Assembly: GCA_965248755.1 (NCBI GenBank)
Contig: OZ252149.1
Span: 2,848,001 to 2,912,000, forward strand
Source: Candidatus Latescibacterota bacterium
Lineage (GTDB): Bacteria > Latescibacterota > CBDEFO01
DNA: 64,000 nt
Direction of reading: 5' to 3'
How positions within the stretch are numbered: the stretch's first letter is position 1; each line of letters opens with the position of its first letter. The notes under the pieces are model-generated. The model searched no databases and was not told the origin of the DNA. It saw nothing but the letters and a program-made list of their open reading frames with translations. A program made the translations under genes and the position numbers. Below are positions 60,410-64,000 of the stretch, piece by piece.

Positions 60410-61804
60410 ATGACTGACATCTCAGAGAGACAGAATAGTACAGGTTTACAGGCTCCCAGGGTGCTTGTGGTCGGGCCGGAATCGGAACATACAAAAGACC
60501 TGATCGTCTTCCTAAAGGGAGAAGGATTGGAGATCTTATGGGGAAAAGACGGCGAGATGGGGTATAATGTACTGGACTCCACGCATATTGATGTTATTGT
60601 AACTGAGCTGAAGGTGCACAGGATAGATGGGATGAACCTGCTGTCAATAGCCAGAAAGAGGAACCCTGAGATATGTGTGATTGTGATAGCTGATGAGGCA
60701 AACATAGAGCTTGCCACCGAGGCGATGCGTCAGGGCGCTTACGATTTTCAGTCTAAGCCTCTAAATTTAGAAAAATTGAAGGTGGTGATAGATAGAGCCA
60801 TATCGCACCAGCGTCTCGTACTGGAGGTGACAGATTTGTATGAGAAGCTGGATAATCGCCTCAGCTTCAGGAACATAGTCGGAAGATCGAAGGCTATGGG
60901 CGAAGTATATGAGAAGATAAGGCAGGTTGCCCCTTCTCGTGCGACCGTGCTTTTGTGCGGCCAGACAGGGACAGGAAAGGAACTCGTGGCCCAGGCGATC
61001 CATCACAACAGCCCACGGAAAGACAGTCCGTTTGTGAAGTTAAGCTGCTCGGCGCTATCTGAAGGTGTGATCGAAAGCGAACTCTTCGGGCACGAAAAGG
61101 GAGCCTTCACAGGGGCTGTTTCACCCAGGAAGGGCAGGTTCGAGATAGCCGACGGCGGGACACTCTTCTTAGATGAAGTCGGAGAGATAACCCCTTCAAC
61201 TCAGGTTAAGCTCTTGAGGGTCCTTCAAGAGGGCGAGTTCGAAAGGGTGGGAGGAGACATCACACGGAAGGTAAACGTCAGATTGATAGCGGCTACAAAC
61301 AGGGACCTGGAGGAGATGATCCGAAGGGGAGAATACAGAAGAGATCTCTACTATCGTCTGAACGTGGTGACGGTGCATCTCCCGCGGCTCAGGGACAGGA
61401 GGGACGATATTCCGCTTCTGGTGGACGTATTCATAAAGGATTTCAGCGGGGAAAACGGCAAGGATATAACGGGAATTACCAGAGGGGCTATGGATATTCT
61501 GATGCAATATGACTGGCCGGGAAATGTAAGGGAGTTGAAGAACTGCATAGAGGGAATGGTGGTCCTGTCAAAAGAGAAGAGTCGTCTGGAGGTCACAGAT
61601 CTTCCTGAGCACTCAAGGCGTTCGGGGGCGGCATCTGATGAGGATATTCGTCTGAAGGTCGGAATGACCATGAGGGATATAGAAAAAGAGGCAATTAAGG
61701 AGACTCTGAAGCACGTGGGGTATAACAAGCCTAAGGCAGCGGAGCTTTTAGGGATCGGTTTAAGGACGCTCTACAGAAAGCAGAAGGAGTACGGAATAGA
61801 TTGA
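60410..61804 (+). CDS. NtrC-family sigma54 activator with an atypical receiver domain
   Basis: GQTGTGKE, ESELFGHEKGAFTGA, LFLDE, WPGNVREL, C-terminal HTH; receiver reads VIVTELKV where Asp is expected. Confidence 0.93.
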   Translation: MTDISERQNSTGLQAPRVLVVGPESEHTKDLIVFLKGEGLEILWGKDGEMGYNVLDSTHIDVIVTELKVHRIDGMNLLSIARKRNPEICVIVIADEANIELATEAMRQGAYDFQSKPLNLEKLKVVIDRAISHQRLVLEVTDLYEKLDNRLSFRNIVGRSKAMGEVYEKIRQVAPSRATVLLCGQTGTGKELVAQAIHHNSPRKDSPFVKLSCSALSEGVIESELFGHEKGAFTGAVSPRKGRFEIADGGTLFLDEVGEITPSTQVKLLRVLQEGEFERVGGDITRKVNVRLIAATNRDLEEMIRRGEYRRDLYYRLNVVTVHLPRLRDRRDDIPLLVDVFIKDFSGENGKDITGITRGAMDILMQYDWPGNVRELKNCIEGMVVLSKEKSRLEVTDLPEHSRRSGAASDEDIRLKVGMTMRDIEKEAIKETLKHVGYNKPKAAELLGIGLRTLYRKQKEYGID

Positions 61805-61905
61805 TGATTTGAAACCTGTAGAGCCATCTACGTAAAAGTGTTAGATTAATGTCTTGGAAAATATTACTACCTTGGAATCGGGATTGGTGGCTGCTTAATA
61901 GAATT

Positions 61906-62007
61906 GGTGACGGTTGGTGACGGTGGTGACCGTTTGCATAGAACTTTTGGAAAAAGGATTTCTTGAAAATATGAAAACTTTATAGTAAAGGGTCACCAGG
62001 GGTCACC
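61906..62007. repeat. GGTGAC direct repeats with inverted GTCACC copies
   Basis: GGTGACGGTTGGTGACGGTGGTGACC, AT-rich spacer, GGTCACCAGGGGTCACC. Confidence 0.7.
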
Positions 62008-62402
62008 AAGTGAGCATTTTGGTGCATTAATTGGGTAATTCCATTCTTCCGACACACCTCAGATAGCTCCGCTGCTTTTAAAAGAGGTAGCACCACCCCT
62101 GCCTTACGGGTCGACGTCCACCGGTTACTATCTTTCACTTCGGCGCTTGACACTTGGACTTCCTTTCCCCGATAGAATCACTCGGGGACAAGCCTCAAAC
62201 ACCAATTTGCAAAATATTTGTCGCTGTGTCAACAGAGCGGTATGATATTATCAAAATAATACCAAAAAAGTCTTGACAAAGGACTGAAATTGTCGTACCT
62301 TGTCGGCGGTTAAGAGGTACTATTGAGAAGACGTATATGATGTAGTAGAAGAAAAACGAATTGCTTAGGAATAAGTAATCCTACAAAAGTAAGGAGGGTA
62401 CG

Positions 62403-63071
62403 ATGATTCGCAAAATTTATTTCATGGGGTTTTTGATGCTAGTAACGTTTGTTGGCGTAGTGCAGGGAGATGAATTGCCGGAGTTGGGTTTATATGAAGG
62501 TGATAACTTAGTATTACTATCAGTAGTAAATGAGGGAGAAATGGCTTTAAAGGGGGTAGGGGTTGAAGTGAGAGCGAAAGATCTACCCGAGTGGGTTCAG
62601 ATCGGAGAAGCAGTGAAGCGGATAGATATACCTAAAAGGTCTACTGGAACAGAAAAGCTGATGATTCCCATGTTTGTGGAGGGAAAAGTGGTGGGTGAAG
62701 CCTTCGAGCTACCAATAGTGTTGAGCGTTGCAGATGGCCGTACTTGGACGTTCGAGGTGTTGGTAGAGATTAAAAAGGCTCGTCCAAAGTCCTTCGCGCT
62801 TATGCAGAACGCACCCAATCCGTTCAATCCAGTCACAGTGATTCAGTATACATTGGGAGGAAATCAAACTGTTCCCACGCAATTGAAGATATTCAACATT
62901 ACGGGCCAGAAGATACGGACATTGGTGAATGAGCCCCAAGGGCCAGATTATTACTCCGTTATATGGAATGGCTTAGATGATCAGGAACAGAAGGTTTCCA
63001 GCGGGGTGTATTTCTTCAAACTAGCTGCAGGAAAGTTTGTAAAGACAAGGAAGATGGTGTTGCTGAAATAA
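62403..63071 (+). CDS. Secreted protein with FlgD-Ig/T9SS-type C-terminal domain
   Basis: Signal peptide; LMQNAPNPFNP...IFNITGQKIRTL...WNG...SSGVYF...KMVLLK. Confidence 0.88.
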   Translation: MIRKIYFMGFLMLVTFVGVVQGDELPELGLYEGDNLVLLSVVNEGEMALKGVGVEVRAKDLPEWVQIGEAVKRIDIPKRSTGTEKLMIPMFVEGKVVGEAFELPIVLSVADGRTWTFEVLVEIKKARPKSFALMQNAPNPFNPVTVIQYTLGGNQTVPTQLKIFNITGQKIRTLVNEPQGPDYYSVIWNGLDDQEQKVSSGVYFFKLAAGKFVKTRKMVLLK

Positions 63072-63089
63072 ATGAAAAGGAGGATTAAG

Positions 63090-64000
63090 ATGAACTGGAA
63101 GATAAGTATAGTAGCTTTCGCTCTTGCACTTTCGTTCCCTTGTTCAGCCTGGTCCAATGTTGTTGGAACAACTTACTCCACCATTTTGGTTGAAGATCCA
63201 AAGATTACGCTAGATGGGGATTTAGCAGACTGGGAGAAGATAGGGTTAGAGGCAGTCAATATTGAACATTTCTGGTATGGACCCACAGCAGATGCGGCAG
63301 ACATTTCGGGAAACTTCCGGACTTTTGTGGATACGGATCACCTGTATATAGGGGTTAAGGTAAGCGACGACTTGGTGTGCTCAGGCACTACGTGGGGAAG
63401 AATGGGGATTCAGGATGATGTTGTGGAGGTATCTTTTAATGGGGATCTGGACGGAAAGGTACAAGTGTTGCGGGGGAGAGAGAAGGACTATTTTGATCTC
63501 AACGACGGGGAGATACGGATTGTGATGGACGCACCGGGAAAGGTTCATCTGGAAGGTGCGGGCGTCTTTTTCTATGTCGAGCCATATCCCTATGCGCAGG
63601 AGATTCCGTATATATGGGAGCTTTTAGGAGTAGAGGCAGGAGTTAAGCAGACAGATACCGGATATACAGTTGAAGTGCGTATACCTAAAGAAGTATTAGG
63701 TTTAAGGAAATTTGTTCAAGGAACTCAAATCGGTTTGAATGTGAGAATTGTAGATGATGATGATGGCGGAGAACGTGATAATGTATTAAGTTGGATTAGG
63801 TATAAGGGAACCGAGAGTGGGGGTCCCTACGAGATGATACAGATGGGAACCGAGAGCGGGGGTCCCTATGGGGTGGTACAGATAGAAGGTGTTACAGAGT
63901 CTTCGGAGATGGTAGACTTAGTCGTCGGAAAGGTGAAAGTAGAAGAAGGTTCACAGGAGCTGGTGGTGACCATGGAGCCGCAGGAGGACTCAGAACTTCA
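63090..64000 (+). CDS. Secreted CBM9/DOMON-like sugar-binding domain protein (partial, runs off the window)
   Basis: AGGAGG SD; MNWKISIVAFALALSFPCSAWS signal; ITLDGDLADW, LYIGVKVSDD, GYTVEVRIP motifs. Confidence 0.7.
   Translation, partial: MNWKISIVAFALALSFPCSAWSNVVGTTYSTILVEDPKITLDGDLADWEKIGLEAVNIEHFWYGPTADAADISGNFRTFVDTDHLYIGVKVSDDLVCSGTTWGRMGIQDDVVEVSFNGDLDGKVQVLRGREKDYFDLNDGEIRIVMDAPGKVHLEGAGVFFYVEPYPYAQEIPYIWELLGVEAGVKQTDTGYTVEVRIPKEVLGLRKFVQGTQIGLNVRIVDDDDGGERDNVLSWIRYKGTESGGPYEMIQMGTESGGPYGVVQIEGVTESSEMVDLVVGKVKVEEGSQELVVTMEPQEDSEL

Overview
A 64-kb bacterial chromosomal window. The gene content suggests an FCB-superphylum organism (DUF4159/DUF4175/MoxR operon, FlgD/T9SS-type C-terminal domain, dockerin-like tails), possibly Latescibacterota; this is inference only. 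Housekeeping genes include phoH, mutL-miaA, dxs-nadA-ispH-mtaB-miaB-lipA-bioB, nptA-phoU, gcvT, polA, cdaA and an NtrC-type regulator. There are two tRNA genes (His-GUG and Sec-UCA). The three main observations are: (1) an operon-like block of tRNA-His, a structured RNA, an archaeal-type HisRS, an archaeal EF-1alpha-like GTPase with a remodelled aminoacyl pocket, a short atypical HisG and HisD; (2) a secreted CRTAC1/ASPIC-UnbV propeller plus thioredoxin protein with an in-frame UGA followed by a SECIS-like hairpin, with selC in the same window; (3) several families of dispersed short repeats that supply stop codons, signal-peptide cores and in-frame insertions to genes. Several frameshifted genes and gene remnants are also present. 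All family assignments come from motif recognition by eye; no searches were run.
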